DNA of 64,000 bases. Source: the human T2T-CHM13v2.0 reference genome, Homo sapiens. Numbering within the stretch: the first letter of the stretch is position 1; every line of letters begins with the position of its first letter. Both the position numbers and the translations under genes were made by a program. The notes under the pieces were generated by a model. That model worked only from the letters and a program-made list of their open reading frames with translations. It made no database searches and was not told where the DNA came from. Where the stretch lies: positions 22,848,001 through 22,912,000 of the forward strand of contig CP068257.2 of the NCBI GenBank assembly GCA_009914755.4. Reading direction: 5' to 3'. Shown one piece after another: positions 1-13,800 of the stretch.

Positions 1-2039
1 AAGAGGCAAATTTATTAACACTATTACCTGAATTTTTTAGAATGATAACAAATAAATTTAGTAAATATTGCTGATTTATTAGCAGATAAAGTCATTCTGC
101 TCCAAGAGCATGACAGCTAAACTTCCACTAGCTCATTTATACTCTGTGGAAATATGATTTACTGCCATATGAGAGAAATTAAATTCTATTATTTTAATTC
201 TGTATTTTGTATCATAAAAGAGAAACCAGATATGGAATACAGAATATGCATATATGGAATAAAACAATGGGGAATAAATAAGATTTAGTTCAAGAAATAA
301 AGAGATCATGTATTCAAACACACCAGTGAGTTCTTTAAAAAGGAAATCTTTTATGTTCTAATTAAAGTAGCAAACTTCACAACTTGAGTTTTTCAGCTCA
401 TTTGTTTCCTGACTTCTTTATTCCAAGTTAAATACTCCTAAGGTGGGTCATATAATTCAGTGACCTTTAAAGTAAAATTGAAATATTTAATTTTACTACT
501 TTTCTTTATCTCTTTTTCTCTCACCACATGCAGCTTATAAATGCCAATAGAATTAATTGCCTAATTATAAGGAATAAAAACATTGCCTTTTGAAGGATTT
601 CAAATTTATGTATCCTGCTGTGGAGATTTTGCTTGACTACCTGACCTATACAGTCTGTGCTTCTTAAGGAAAGAAAATAAGTGGACTACTTTCGAACACA
701 TTTTGAACTTGGTAATGAATGCTACGATACTGCTCTGCTCTATAATCTTAGGTTATTTTATATTTTAAGGGCTTCACCTGGAGCCATTTTACTGTTAACC
801 ATAACTATTATATATACTCTTTAATAAGCTCCATTATATTTTTTTTTACTTTTTTCCTTATACAATTTAGTAATATGGCAGAAAAGCAGGTAATAAGGAA
901 AATACTAATCATCATTAGTTTACAACACATTGACACACATTTTCCAGCAAGAAAATTCGATTAACAGGTAGCACGAAAAAAAGCTGCCTACCTGGATAAC
1001 TCATATAACACTTTACACTATATCTCTCAGAAAAAAATTACCATATTCAATATGCTTCATATTTATTTTCTTAATAACCACATTTTTAATAACCTCATTT
1101 TCTCTGGGAATTTTGGGTTTCAGGTACATATAGCATCTTCATGCCAATTTTATAAGGTCATACCTTAATCACTAGTTGCAAAAGTAGGGATATAAAGGCA
1201 AGAATTCTAGATTAGAAAGTGATATATGTGATTTTACAGGAAGACAGAAGAAAGGGAGAATTTGTGAATACTATGTGAAAGAAGAATAAACCCATGAGCC
1301 AAACTTAATTTGGATATTAAAGCTGATTATATCACACATACACCAAGAGAGTATGAAAAGATTTATTTCTCACATAATGAGACTTTCTGGACAGATCATG
1401 GCAAGCTCAAAAACAGTTCTGAAAATGGCCTAAGATAATATGGAGGGATGAGTAGCTTGCCTGTTATTTTACTTGGAGTTGGGAGTTGTGCATCTGGGAT
1501 GAAGTTTACATGGTTTGAACTTTCCACTGGCACTGAGGTAAAGATCTAAGATATATAACTGGCTTGCCAAGATGTAGAACAAAACAGAAGGGCGGGTGGT
1601 AAAGCATAAAAACTATTAACAATAAGGCAATAAAAATCAATCCAGACTCTTTATTATAACTCACTCCAATGTTTGACTGAGGAGTAAAATGTGCTATGAT
1701 TTATTTAATTGCATTTGAAGTTGTTATAGTAAGCCATTATGGTTACCTATGAGGCTCACAGCATGAGAACGGTAAGGAAATAAAACTTCCATTGAATACC
1801 TTCGTCAGCAGATGTGATGGTTAATTTTATTTGTCAATTTAATTGGTTGATGGGATGTTCCAGTGTTTGCTTAAACACTATTCTGGGTGTTTCCATGAGG
1901 GTATTTGGGATGCAATTAACATTTATATCAGTAGACTGAGTAGAGCAGATTTTCTGCCGTATTGTAGTTGGAACTTACCTAATCAGTTGGAAATCTAAAT
2001 AAAACAAAAAGTCTGAATCACCCTAAAGTAAGAGAGAAT

Positions 2040-2268
2040 CTTGCTACCTGACACTTTTTGAACTGTGACATTGGCTTCTTTTCCTGACTTCAGACTCAAA
2101 CTGAAAGATCAGCTTTTTCTGATTTTTAAGCCTGCCAGCCTTTGGACTGGAACTACTTCATTTGTTCTCCTGAGTCTCCAGTTTTGTGACTTGCCCTGTA
2201 AACCTTGGGACCTGCTAGCCTCCATGAACTTCCATGATATTACTAATTTCCTTAATAAATCTCATTCA
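2040..2268 (+). mobile_element. MaLR LTR fragment (MLT1-like 3' portion)
   Basis: Resembles the 3' region of MLT1-type LTRs (...cagcctccagaactgtgag...aataaat...); ends in AATAAA-like 'aataaatctc' followed by a simple repeat. Confidence 0.4.
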
Positions 2269-2340
2269 TTCTCTCTCTCTCTCTCTCCCTCTCTTAGTTC
2301 TGTTTTTTTTTTGTTTTGATTTGTTTTGTTTTGTTTTTTC
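2269..2340. repeat. (CT)n followed by (TTTTG)n/T-rich simple repeat
   Basis: ctctctctctctctctccctctc then tgtttttttttttgttttgatttgttttgttttgtttttt seen directly. Confidence 0.85.
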
Positions 2341-2861
2341 CTGGAAAACTCTAACTAGTACATGAGCCCAGCATTGTGTATTTTGTGAAGTAAAATGTGT
2401 TCCTTGCTCACAATTGCTCACAATCAATTGCTCACTATTATTAATGTGTAGAACCGTGAAGGGGTAAGGAATAATTTGGTAAAGATTTGTATTGTGGCAT
2501 CATTATGTAAAAAGACTTGCAACCCTGGTTATATAGTGGGTACTTGTAATTCACAAAATTTCAGAGTTATTTTTTCCAAACAGGAGGATGTTGGACATGA
2601 AAATTTTGTTGCTAGCATTGGCCTGCCCAAATGGCCAGACCATTGTCCACAGATAAATATTCCGCAAAATTATGCAGATATGGCTGATTCTTGGACAGAG
2701 CATTTATTGTTAAGATTACTGCATGATGTTTGGCCAGTTGCACTGAGCCTTGGGTCTCATTCTTGATCAGGGACATTCTGTTGAAGCAACAGAAAGTGGC
2801 TGTTATGCAGTGGGCTCTATTATGTGTAATGGCAGTGCTTCCATCCATCATGGTATATTAA

Positions 2862-3149
2862 TGGACTCACAGTTCCACATGGCTGGGGAGGTCTCACAAT
2901 CACGGTGGAAATCAAAGGAGGAGCAAAGGCACGTCTTACATGGTGGCAGGCAAGAGAGAGTGTGCAGGGGAGCTGCACTTTATAAAATGATCAGATCTAG
3001 TGAGACTTATTCACTATCACAAGAATACCATGGGAAAAACCCACCTCCATGATTCAATTATCTCCCACCAGTACCCCCATGAAACGTGGGGATTATGGGA
3101 ACTACAATTCAAGAAAAGAAGTGGATGGGGACACAGCCTAACCATATCA
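2862..3149 (-). mobile_element. THE1/MST-family MaLR solo LTR (5'-truncated)
   Basis: Reverse complement of the THE1 consensus: ...cacagttccacatggctggggaggtctcacaatc...acttattcactatcac...ccatgattcaatta...acagcctaaccatatca. ORFs 2612..3052 overlap it. Confidence 0.8.
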
Positions 3150-6100
3150 CATGGGTAGTCTGGAACCTCTAAAAGACATAAGAAGAGGTTGCCAAAGCTT
3201 CTACAGTGAACAATCTTTGGGGGGCACTAACTTAAGTCTCTGTTGTATTGCAATACTGATAGATTCTAGAGTCTTTTGTTGTAGGGTGACCCATTCAGGG
3301 TAAGTCAATTTGTGAGCAACAACATAAATGAGCTTAAATAAATGTAAATAAGGAATATGTTTCTTTCAGAATCCAAAAGGTCGAAAAGATGTTGAATTTG
3401 TTTTAACATTGTGGGTGATGACAGAATGAACAACTGTTTCTTTATAATGTCAGGAACGGAGCACCCTCTAGTTAAATGATAGTGAGAAATTTTACTGAGG
3501 TAGTGAGGCCTTTTGCTTTGTGTGAGTAAGTAGTCCACTAATTTTGATGAGCTCTGTTGTGACTGTTTGGTTGTCCTGAATGAATGTGTAAATAGACTCT
3601 CCTAGGAGGATGACATCAATATAATGTCATACATATGTTCCTAGAAAAATTTTAATGTGATTAAGGTCTTACCTACAAAGGCTGTGTGCAACAGTAAATC
3701 TGTTGCGATGCCCCTGGGTTGCTGCATAAGGATGTATTGTCTTTTTGAAGGTGAAGAAAAACTGCAGCTAAGAAGCTGTTGAAATAGGCAATGAAAGGAA
3801 TTTACTAGCTAAATCTGTGACTGCAAAGTACTTACCCGTTTCTGATTGGATTGAATGGAGTCAGTAATTTAAGTAATATCGGGTATAGAAGACTTAATGG
3901 GTGAGATTATGACATTAAGGTTGCAATAATCCATCATTAAGTGTTATTCATTATTTCCAGTTTTAAGAATAGACCAAATACAGTTATTAAATAAAGAGAA
4001 ACTGTGGGGGATAATTACCTCTTCTCCAAATAGTTCTTGTATAATGTGTTTTGATCTTCGAAGGCTCTGTTTAACTTTGTATGTGGCCACATTAAGTATT
4101 TTGACCAGAGGGGAAAACCCATGAGGTCCAATTCTGTGAAGCTGATTGTAAGTGCCAAACATTTGATTTTATTTTAATGTATTATTTATGGGGTCACATC
4201 ATCCATGCACACTATGGAATATTTTAGTGCAAAGCAGGAGCTTATAAGTAGGTCTGTCTCATTCTCTTGATATTGGTTGTTGGCAAATGCAGATCCAAAT
4301 TCAGGCCTGCATGTGCGAACCCTCACTCTGATTCCTCTCCCTAACTATAAGAAAAGTCAAGCCGCTGGCTGCACCCCCATCCCAACCTGCGCTATCTCAA
4401 ACTGTTTTCTTCCTGCTTAAGAACTAGCCATGTTCATCCCACAAAGCCTCATTATGCGAGTAATAAACTGCTTCATACCCTCTTGATGTCTGTGTATGGT
4501 ATTATCAGCTTCGACAACTTGACTAAATGTTTGGTTGGGTGTACATTCTTATTGCACAGATCAACCACAAAAAGAAACCATTTTCGTCTGATGTAGTCAT
4601 GAAAATTTTTACAGAATAATTTAAATTTGAAGGAGACTGACAGGTAAAAGGATTTGCATAAGCTCAAATGAGAAATGGGAAAATTCAGTGCAGGTTATGT
4701 GGACCATCATATATACTGGTTTGTCAAGTTGAAAAATATTTAATGTGCACTAGATTCTGGTACATTAATTGATGTTGGAGTATATTTTTACTTATTCATT
4801 GTTTTCTCATGTATTTCTTTTCTTTGTGTTTCTCTCCTTTCCCATAGACAACAAATAGGGTTATTCTATGTTCATTACTTCAAGGATGATCACAGAAATA
4901 TTTTTTCCCCTGGAGCTCTAAGAGTAGATATCCTTAAGGAAATAAACAAGTTTAAACAAATGGTTTGCTAACATATGGTTTGATTAGGTTTGGCCTTCCC
5001 TTCCCCAAATAAAAAGAAAAGAAACATAATATATAGATACAGATATAGAAGTATAGATATTTCTAGGGCAGGAGAAGAGAACAGAAGGAATGACAAGTTT
5101 AAATTTATCGAATCATATACGGAGGAAAAATATATGCTGCTTCTAGTCTTGGCTTGAGTGAAATGGTAGTACTCAAAAGAAATTTGCAAAATTGGAGAGA
5201 AGAAGAACCCTGAACAGTTCAGGAAGTCTAATAAAGAAAGGCTGTATATTCGATCGAAGCAGACACATATTTAAACAAACTTCAGTGACTCTCATGCTTT
5301 AGTGAGACATTGGACCTGCAGTTCACACACTAAAATGAGGCACGGAGATTGCCACTGGACCAGAAGGGTACATCTTCTTGGGAATCAGGGTTATCTTAGC
5401 AGCAATATACATAGACTAATAACTGAGACTCAAGAAGAAAAATCGAAATATCTTTGTTGAAAAATGCAATCAGATATCTGAGACTGTGGGCTTGTCCACA
5501 TTGATGCCTTGGCAGTAAATACGCCACCTAGAACTAATTCCAACTCAAGGACAGATGCTGGCAACATGGAATTTCAAACCTACTCCGAGTGTTCTGACAC
5601 TCACATAGAATAAAAACTTGAGTTAGGAAAAACTAGAGAAAATTATATTGTTTCACTTTTTAAAAATTACTATGTCAATTAAAATTTATATACTATATTT
5701 AGATGAAATAAGGTTGACAGTAATGTGGAACCCTAGCTATGAAGGACTCATATCAGATTACAGCAATTAGTCTTTATTTTCTACAGAAGATTTTGAGTTT
5801 GGGATTTTGTTATAAAATCAGTCCTTAAGGAAAATTAATCTAGTTTTTTGCACTTTGCAATAAGAGGACATTTAGAAAATATAAATTACAGTTAATTTCT
5901 CTAATGCAGTTATGAGATAAAAATTGCCCCAGATTATGTTGTTGGATACACATGATAGACAGGAACATATAAACAAAATGACAAAATATTAAAACTTGAT
6001 TATAAATTTACTATAAAGGCCAATAAGAAGAAAGGAAGTACTTGAAGTTGTAGTTCTGGTGACTGGAAAGACAGAACCAATGGATTACAGAATCAAATCA

Positions 6101-7254
6101 AGAGGTTTGATTGAGAAAACAAGACAATGCCAATTTGGATTATACAAGTTTCTATGTTATCTAGAAGGCAAACTGAAAAGTAGTTGAAAATATACAAATA
6201 GAATGCACAAGTTATCTTGAGATGGATTTAGGCTTTTCTAATAGAGATTAAGAAAGGCCCAATAAGCAGTGCATCAAAATGCTTCAAACATAAAAAGATG
6301 CCAATTTGGAAAGGTTTTACCTTCTCATTTGTAGGCAGCATATTAATGGCAAATAAATAGAAAGTAAGGGGGAGAAAAATGGAAGCAAGATGCTTGGAAG
6401 GAAAAGGGATTAAAGTATATGAACAGAATGCTCTTTGAAAACCAAGCAGGAATCCAGGCGTGAGGAAACCATTTATCACATACATTAATATTGGTATTGT
6501 ATGATTTTTCATTGCTAAATTTATAATACTTTAGTTCATGATACTCTAATTTGTAGTAGAATGTGTTAAATACACTGAATAAGAGAACACCTTAATAGTG
6601 TTCTAAGGGGTCAGAACACGCACAATCAGACATTAGTATACATTCGAACTTCTTCATATTTTCTATTCATCTTGTTTTTCCTATTTGGGGCCTTAAATTC
6701 TGCTTTCCAGGCTGTCTTTTCTTGATCAATTTCTTCATTGCACTGTAAGAAAATACTATTAAAAGCTAAGCATTAATAGGCCTTAACTTTTGAAAACACT
6801 TAATATTTAGAGACCCAAGCATGTCGTTCAGAAAAAAGAAAACAAGTTACAAATGCAAAGCATTGCAGGAATATCTATTTTTCTGAGTAACTCAAGTACC
6901 TCTATACCTTGTTTATAAATTAAAATAATGTTTCACTGAACTGTACTTTGCTGTTTTAGAAATATTTTCTCGAAGAAATTGAAAAATAACTCTGACCTTT
7001 ACTGCGTAGACCTGTGGGAACTGAGGCTCACAGAATCAGCACAACATATTGTTGTGGTTGCTGGCTTTTATCATGGCTAATGAACAGTCCTTGTCTTTTA
7101 AGGAAGGGTCCTGTGTTTTCTGTCAGTGTATGTTGTATACGAAACGGTGGTAGGTGAGCTTGCTAGCTTGAAAGTCTTGTCAAATCACTGACTTCAGGCT
7201 TCTAACTTAACCACTACACTAAAGGTCTTACTTTTGATGTGAGAATGTTGGTAA

Positions 7255-7400
7255 GACATAAAAATTAATTAATATATATTTAGTATAATATATAGTATAC
7301 TAATATTAAATATCTATATATTTAATATATATTTAGTATACTATATATAATATATAATATATATATTTAGTATATACGGATATGTGTATATTTAATATAT
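7255..7400. repeat. AT-rich low-complexity (TA / TATAG-like) repeat
   Basis: atatatatttagtataatatatagtatactaatattaaatatctatatatttaatatatat... Confidence 0.75.
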
Positions 7401-7408
7401 ATACAATT

Positions 7409-7560
7409 AAAGGCAGGGTCTTGCTTTGCCATCCAGGCTGGAATGCAGTGGTGTCAACCTATCTCCTTTTAGCCTTGAACTCCTGTGTTCCAGCAATACT
7501 CCCAACTCAGCCTGCTGAACATGTGCATACCACCACATCCAGCTACTTTCTAAAAGTTTT
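7409..7560 (-). mobile_element. Partial Alu (FRAM/AluJ-like fragment)
   Basis: ggcagggtcttgctttgccatccaggctggaatgcagtggtg...cagcctgctgaacatgtgcataccaccacatccagctacttt matches an Alu right arm in reverse orientation but is truncated and diverged. Confidence 0.55.
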
Positions 7561-8262
7561 GATTAATAAAAATATTTTAACATTAGGACATCCAACTTTC
7601 GAAGTAGTTCAATAAGCATTTTATTTTGATACCCACTCCAAATTAAATTCTATATGATGGTTTAGATTATGCATTAATGAGCAGATCACTCTTTATCCAT
7701 AAAATCATCAATATAATTGAAATCAGTTTTATCACATATAACCCATAGAAAAATTGAATGTCAATGTTTTAATAAAAGCAGAATGTAACCAATGACTTCA
7801 GCCACTTTCTATTTTCCGGTAAGTGCTAAAAAGAAAATTGTATGAATTTTAAGAGCCATATAACTTTTTAAAAAACATTTGTAATGTTATTCAAATGCCC
7901 ACCAAGGCTTCCTGCATGCTTAATCTACTGACTTCTAAAGAGGTTTTCCAGAATTATTAAGTACAATGATCTGAATAAAAATTTAGAAGATAAAATGTAT
8001 AACCAAATATAATCTCTTTGTCATATTTATTTTAGAAACATAATAAATGTGGGGTTTTCTGCAAAAAATGTACCTTATTAGATTGTGATAAATGGAAATC
8101 AGATGTAAATTATTTTTTTCTGTTGTGTTAGTTGTACCTGAATCCAGCTGTACACATCTGCTCATTGACATAATCTCCGAGGAAGTTTTGGTGAATCAGG
8201 TTAGTTCCTAAGATTAACACAACAGGAAACGGCCATCACCTCTTAATTAAAAGTTTGCACTG

Positions 8263-8647
<385 letters not shown>

Positions 8648-9224
8648 CTAACTGCAATATGGTATCCGGAGATTAAACCTAGGACAGAACAGGAACAATA
8701 TGAAAAAAAATTGCAAATTGTAAAGAAATCTGTCTAACAAATTGTAGATAAATCTGTCTAATTAATAGAACTAGTCTAATGCTTATTTAGTTAAGATTTT
8801 TCAATAGTGTCTCATATGGAAATATTAATATTAGAGAAAATTCAGTGAAGAATATACAAAAATTATCTGTATTATTTTAATTTTCATGTAATTATCTTCC
8901 AATTTTTAAAAATACCAAGTGAGATAATTTTGTTTTTTCAGTAGTGACCATCACTTCTGTATGTCTCTACTATACTAATCCTCTTCATCCCTACTCAGTT
9001 TTCTTTGCTCTTCTACTAATTACATTTTGAATTCCAGCATAGTTTTATCGATTTTCTCATTAGTCCTATAATTCTAAAATCAAAATATTCCATGAAAGAG
9101 GAAAAGGAGCTTCAAAAGGGTGAAGCCTGATAAAGCACACTATATATCTAAGCTCCTGAAAAGAGTAAGCACATGTTTTTTTATTTTTTATTGTCTAATA
9201 CAGTTTTCATTATCTGCATTTACC

Positions 9225-10075
9225 TTTTTATATAATTTCAACTTTTATTTTAGATTCAGGGGGTACATATGCAGGTTTGTTACATAAGTATATTCCATGA
9301 TGCTGAGGTTTGGGGTATAATTGATCCAGTCACTGAGGTACTGAGCATAGTACCCAATAGTTTTTCAACCCTTGCCTTCATTCCTCCCACTTCCCTTAGT
9401 AGTCCCCAGTATCCATCATCGACGTCTTTATGTCCATGACTGCCAAATATTTAGTTCCCACTGCTAAATAAGAATATGCAGGCCAGGCGTGGTGGCTCGC
9501 GCCTGTAATCCCAGCACTTTGGGAGGCCGAGGTGGTGGATCACGAGGTCAAGAGATCGAGACCGTCCTGGCCAATATGGTGAAACCCTGTCTCTACTAAA
9601 AATACAAAAATTAGCGGGGCATGGTGGCAGGCGTCTGTAGTCCCAGCTACTCGGGAGGCTGAGGCAGGAGAATCACTTGACCCAGGAGGAGGAGGGTGCA
9701 GTGAGCCGAGATCACGCCACTGCACTGCAGCCTGGTGACAGAGCGACACTCCATCTAAAAATAAAAAGTAAAAAATAAAAAAAACAGAATATGCAGTATT
9801 TGGTTTTCTGTTCCCTTGTTAACTTGCTTAGATGATGGCCTCCAGCAGCATCCATGTTGCTGCAAAGAACATGATTTTATTATTTTTTGTGTCTGCATTG
9901 TATTCTGTGGCATGTATGTATCACATTTTCTTTATTCAGTCCACCACTGATGGGCACCTAGGTTGATTCCATGTCTTTGCCATTGTGAATAGTGCTGCAA
10001 CAAATATAAGCGTGCATGTATCTTTTTGATAGAGCAATTTATTTTCTTTTGAATATTTATCCAATAATGGGAGCA
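9225..10075 (-). mobile_element. Old L1 (L1PB/L1MA-like) 3' end, antisense, interrupted by an Alu
   Basis: T-rich stretch then ttagattcagggggtacatatgcaggtttgttacataagtatattc (reverse complement of the L1 3'UTR end) ... ccattgtgaatagtgctgcaacaaatat...ccaataatgggag (reverse complement of ORF2 C-terminus). Confidence 0.8.
9481..9785 (+). mobile_element. Alu (AluS/Y-like) inserted into L1, with an 11-bp target-site duplication
   Basis: ggccaggcgtggtggctcgcgcctgtaatcc... A-rich tail to ~9785. Flanked by agaatatgcag at 9471..9481 and again at 9786..9796. Confidence 0.95.
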
Positions 10076-10178
10076 GCAGACATCAGCCCTGGGAAATAAT
10101 TTATGATTAATTCCTCAAAAGCAATTGTAACAACAACTACAAATGACAAGTAAGACCTAATTAAACTAAAGAGCTTCT

Positions 10179-10443
10179 GGCTGAGCATGGTGGTTCACAC
10201 CCTGTAATCCCAGCACTTCGGGAGTCCAAGGCGGGCAGATGACTTGAGGTCAGGAGTTTGAGACCAGCCTGGCCAACATGGTGAAACTCTGTCTCTACTG
10301 AAAAATACAAAAATTATCCAGGCGTGGTGATGTGCAACTGCAGTCCAGCTACTTGGGAGTCTGAGGCATGAGAATCTCCTGAACGTGTGAGCCGAGATCC
10401 TGCTATTGCACTCCAGCCTGGGGGACAGAGTGAGACTTCATCA
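10179..10443 (+). mobile_element. Alu (diverged AluS-like)
   Basis: ggctgagcatggtggttcacaccctgtaatcccagcacttcgggag...gcactccagcctgggggacagagtgagacttcatcac. Confidence 0.9.
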
Positions 10444-10484
10444 CAAAACAAAACAAAACAAAACAAAACAAAACAAAACAAAAA
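10444..10484. repeat. (AAAAC)n microsatellite derived from the Alu tail
   Basis: aaaacaaaacaaaacaaaacaaaacaaaacaaaacaaaa. Confidence 0.9.
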
Positions 10485-10855
10485 GCTGCAGTTCAGCAAA
10501 AGAAACTATCAAAAGAGTAAACAATCCACAGAATGGGGATTCATAAACTATACATCTGACAAAGGTCTGAATGGATGGGGAACTTAATTCAACAAGCAGG
10601 AAATGAAGAACCCCATTAAAAAGTAGGCAAAAGACATGAAGAGACACTTCTAGAAAGAAGACGTGCAAGCAGCCAACAAACATGAAAAAATGCTCATCAT
10701 CACTAATCATCAGAGAAATGAAAATCTAAACTATGATGAGATACCATCTCACACCAGTCAGAATGGCTATTATTAAAAAGACAAAATTTAGCAAATGCCC
10801 AGCAAGGCTGTGGAGAATAGGGATTGCTTATACACTGGAACATACTGAATTTATA

Positions 10856-13800
10856 GATTAATTTTAGGAGATTTGACATTTTTACCATGTTTATTCTTTC
10901 AATAGATGATTGTGATATATGTTTTCATTTACACATCTTATCTTAATTATTTTATCAGTGTTATGTCACTTTCCGCGTACTGATTCTGTGTATTTTGTCA
11001 AGAACTTTTACTGAATTAATTGATAGAATTGTGATTATTTCTTGTTTAGGCTCTTAATATGATTTGTCACTTTGATTGATTTGAAAGTATTGAAACAGTC
11101 TTGCACTCACAGGATAAATATCACTTCAATAGTACATTGCTGTCATATTTTGGATATTTTGTTGTGGATTTTTATGTCTATTACATGAGGGCAATTGGTC
11201 TACATTTTTATTATTATGAGTTATATGTGTTTGTTTTTTATATGAGAGCAACCCTGGCCTCCTAAAATAAGTTGAGAAATATGTCCACCTCTTTTATGTT
11301 TCAGAAGAGCTTTGTGTTTATTTTTCTCTTTTTTTTTCTTTTCTTTTTTTTTTTTTTTTCTGAGACAGAGGCTTGCTCTGTCCACCAGGCTGGAATACAG
11401 TGGCACAATTTCGACTCACAGCAACCTCCGCCTCCTGGGTTCAGGTGATTCTCCTGACTCAGCCTCCCAAATAGCTGGGATTACAGGTGCATGCCACCAT
11501 GCCCAGCTACTTTTTGTATTTTTAGCAGAGACACAGTTTCACCGTGTTGGCCAGGCTGGTCTTGAACTCATGACCTCAAGTGATTCACCCACCTCGCCCT
11601 CCCAAAGTGCTAGGATTACAGGCATGAGCCACTGTGCCCCACCTGTGTTCATTTGTGTCCCTTGTGCTTTAAAAGGTTGGTATAACTCATCATAAAACCA
11701 GTTGAAACTAGATATTTAATCATTAGAAAATGTTAAAGTACAAATTCAAGCTTTTAAAGTGTAGGTATACACAAGTTAACTTTTTCGTTTTGGTTAAATT
11801 TTGACATTGGTTTGACAATGTGGTTTTCTAGGAATTGGTCTATTCCGTCTAAGTTGCCTTATTTAGGTCCTCAATTATAGCATTACCTTATTATCATTTT
11901 ATTACTGGTTGGATTTGTATTAATATCTTTTGTTTCTTTCCTGCTACTGTCACTGCATGTGTCCCTTTTTTATCTTTGTCATTAGTGCCAGAGTTTACCA
12001 GTTTTCTTGATCTTTTCAAGGAACCACTTTTAGTATCACTGATTTTCTGTTGATTTTCAGTTTTACATTTCATTAATTTCTGCCTCTATATTTATTTCTT
12101 TTCCTCTGCATATGTGATGCTATTTTCTTCTTTTTGTGTGTGGGTCTTTTTTAGTTTCTTCAAATTGAAGTTTAGGTAATTGATTTAAGACTTCTTTTCT
12201 AAGATACAGATTCAACAGTATAAATTCCCCTTCAAGAACTGCTTCAGTTGTGTCACAGAAACTTAATGTACTTCATTGTATTTTGAGTCAGTTTAAAATA
12301 ATTTATAATTTCCTTCAGGCCATATTTTCTTTTAATACTTTCCTAGATTATTTAGAATTGTAGTGTTTAATTTCCAAGTGTTTGTACATTTTTCTGTAAT
12401 ATTTATTGTATTAATTTCTAGTTGAATGGCCAGAGTACATACTTTACATGCTTTTAAGTATTTTAAATTTAAGATCTATTAAAATGTTTATTTGTTATTT
12501 GTTATATTCATGTATTTATTTATGTATGGTATATCTATGTACGGTATGTATGTATGCATCCATGTTTCAGTTTACTTATAATTAATAGTAGGGTCCATTT
12601 TGGTTAACGTTTATGTGTATCTGAAAAAAATTTGTATCTACTTTTTTTTTAAAAAAAGTGTTCTATGTATCAGTTGGATTTAGTTTGACAAAGTTGTTCA
12701 ATTTTCTCATCTTCTCACTGATTATTTTGTCCATTAGTTATTTCTAAAATTCTGGATTTTTCATGCCTATTTTCAGTTCTAACATTTTTGCTTCATATAA
12801 TTTATGACACCCTACTACTTATGTAGGATTGCTATGTATCTTTTGTAAACAGACAATTTTACAGTTATCTCATGTCTCTCTTTATTCCTAGTACTTTTCT
12901 TTGCTCTGAATTCTACTTTGGTATTAGTATCACCACTATAGACATTTTTTGAAACCAGGTTTTATATAATGTATCTCCATTTCTTTAATTTTAATTATTT
13001 TTTTTTGAAATGAATTTCTGGTAGACAGTATATAATTGTGACTTTTTTATCGGGTCTGTTGATCTCAATGTTTTCTTAGTAGTATCAAAATCACTGAAAT
13101 GTAATGCAATTATATACATGTTTGAACTCATGTCTACCATATTATTATTTGTTATTCTGTCACTTTTCTCTGTTTTTTAATTCTCAATTTATCCTTTTTT
13201 GAGATTATTTGAACATATTTTATTATCCATTTTTTATTTCGTCTATTTTTTTCTTTTTATTTCACCTATATTTTAGTTTTTATTTTTAGTGGTTTTTCTG
13301 AAAATTAAAATATACACACCTAAGGTTTACAGTCTGGTTAGAATCAATATTTTATCACTTTATTTAGGAAATATAGAAACTATCACCATATTGGTGTGCC
13401 TACTTCTCTTCTTCATGATATTCATGATGTAGTTATCTATTTACACATTGACTCTACATATATTGAAAACACTATCAGACAAGTTTATAATTCTACTTTC
13501 AACTATAAAGCATATCTTAAGAACTTAAGAGAGGAAGAATAGTCAATTATGTTTATTCAGATAACTATTATTTATGATTTTTTTTCTTAATTCTGATGTT
13601 CTTTATTTCCTTCTAATATCATTCCCTTCCTGTCTGGAGATCATTCCATAGAATTTTTTTTTGGAGCAGGACTGCTGGAGAAAAATTATCTTAGTTTCTT
13701 TTTACTATAAGATGTCTATATTCTACATTCATTCCTAAAATATATTGTTGGTGGATATCAATTTCTGGGTTGACAGTTCTTTCAATATTTAAGCAGTGTT

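Larger units (their letters stand above)
10095..10855 (+). mobile_element. Old L1 ORF2 fragment, sense, interrupted by an Alu
   Basis: ...aaaagcaattgtaacaacaactacaaatgacaagtaagacctaattaaactaaagagcttctg | Alu | ...cagcaaaagaaactatcaaaagagtaaacaatccacagaatgggg...catctgacaaaggtct...atcagagaaatgaaaatctaaactatgatgagataccatctcacaccagtcagaatgg: the canonical L1 ORF2 C-terminal region. Confidence 0.75.

Noticed and set aside
2476-3052. Cluster of 79-100-aa ORFs
   Set aside because: They overlap a THE1/MST MaLR LTR and adjacent unique sequence. The LTR-derived reading frames (…MDSQFHMAGEVSQSRWKSKEEQRH…) are typical of THE1 antisense translation, not genes.
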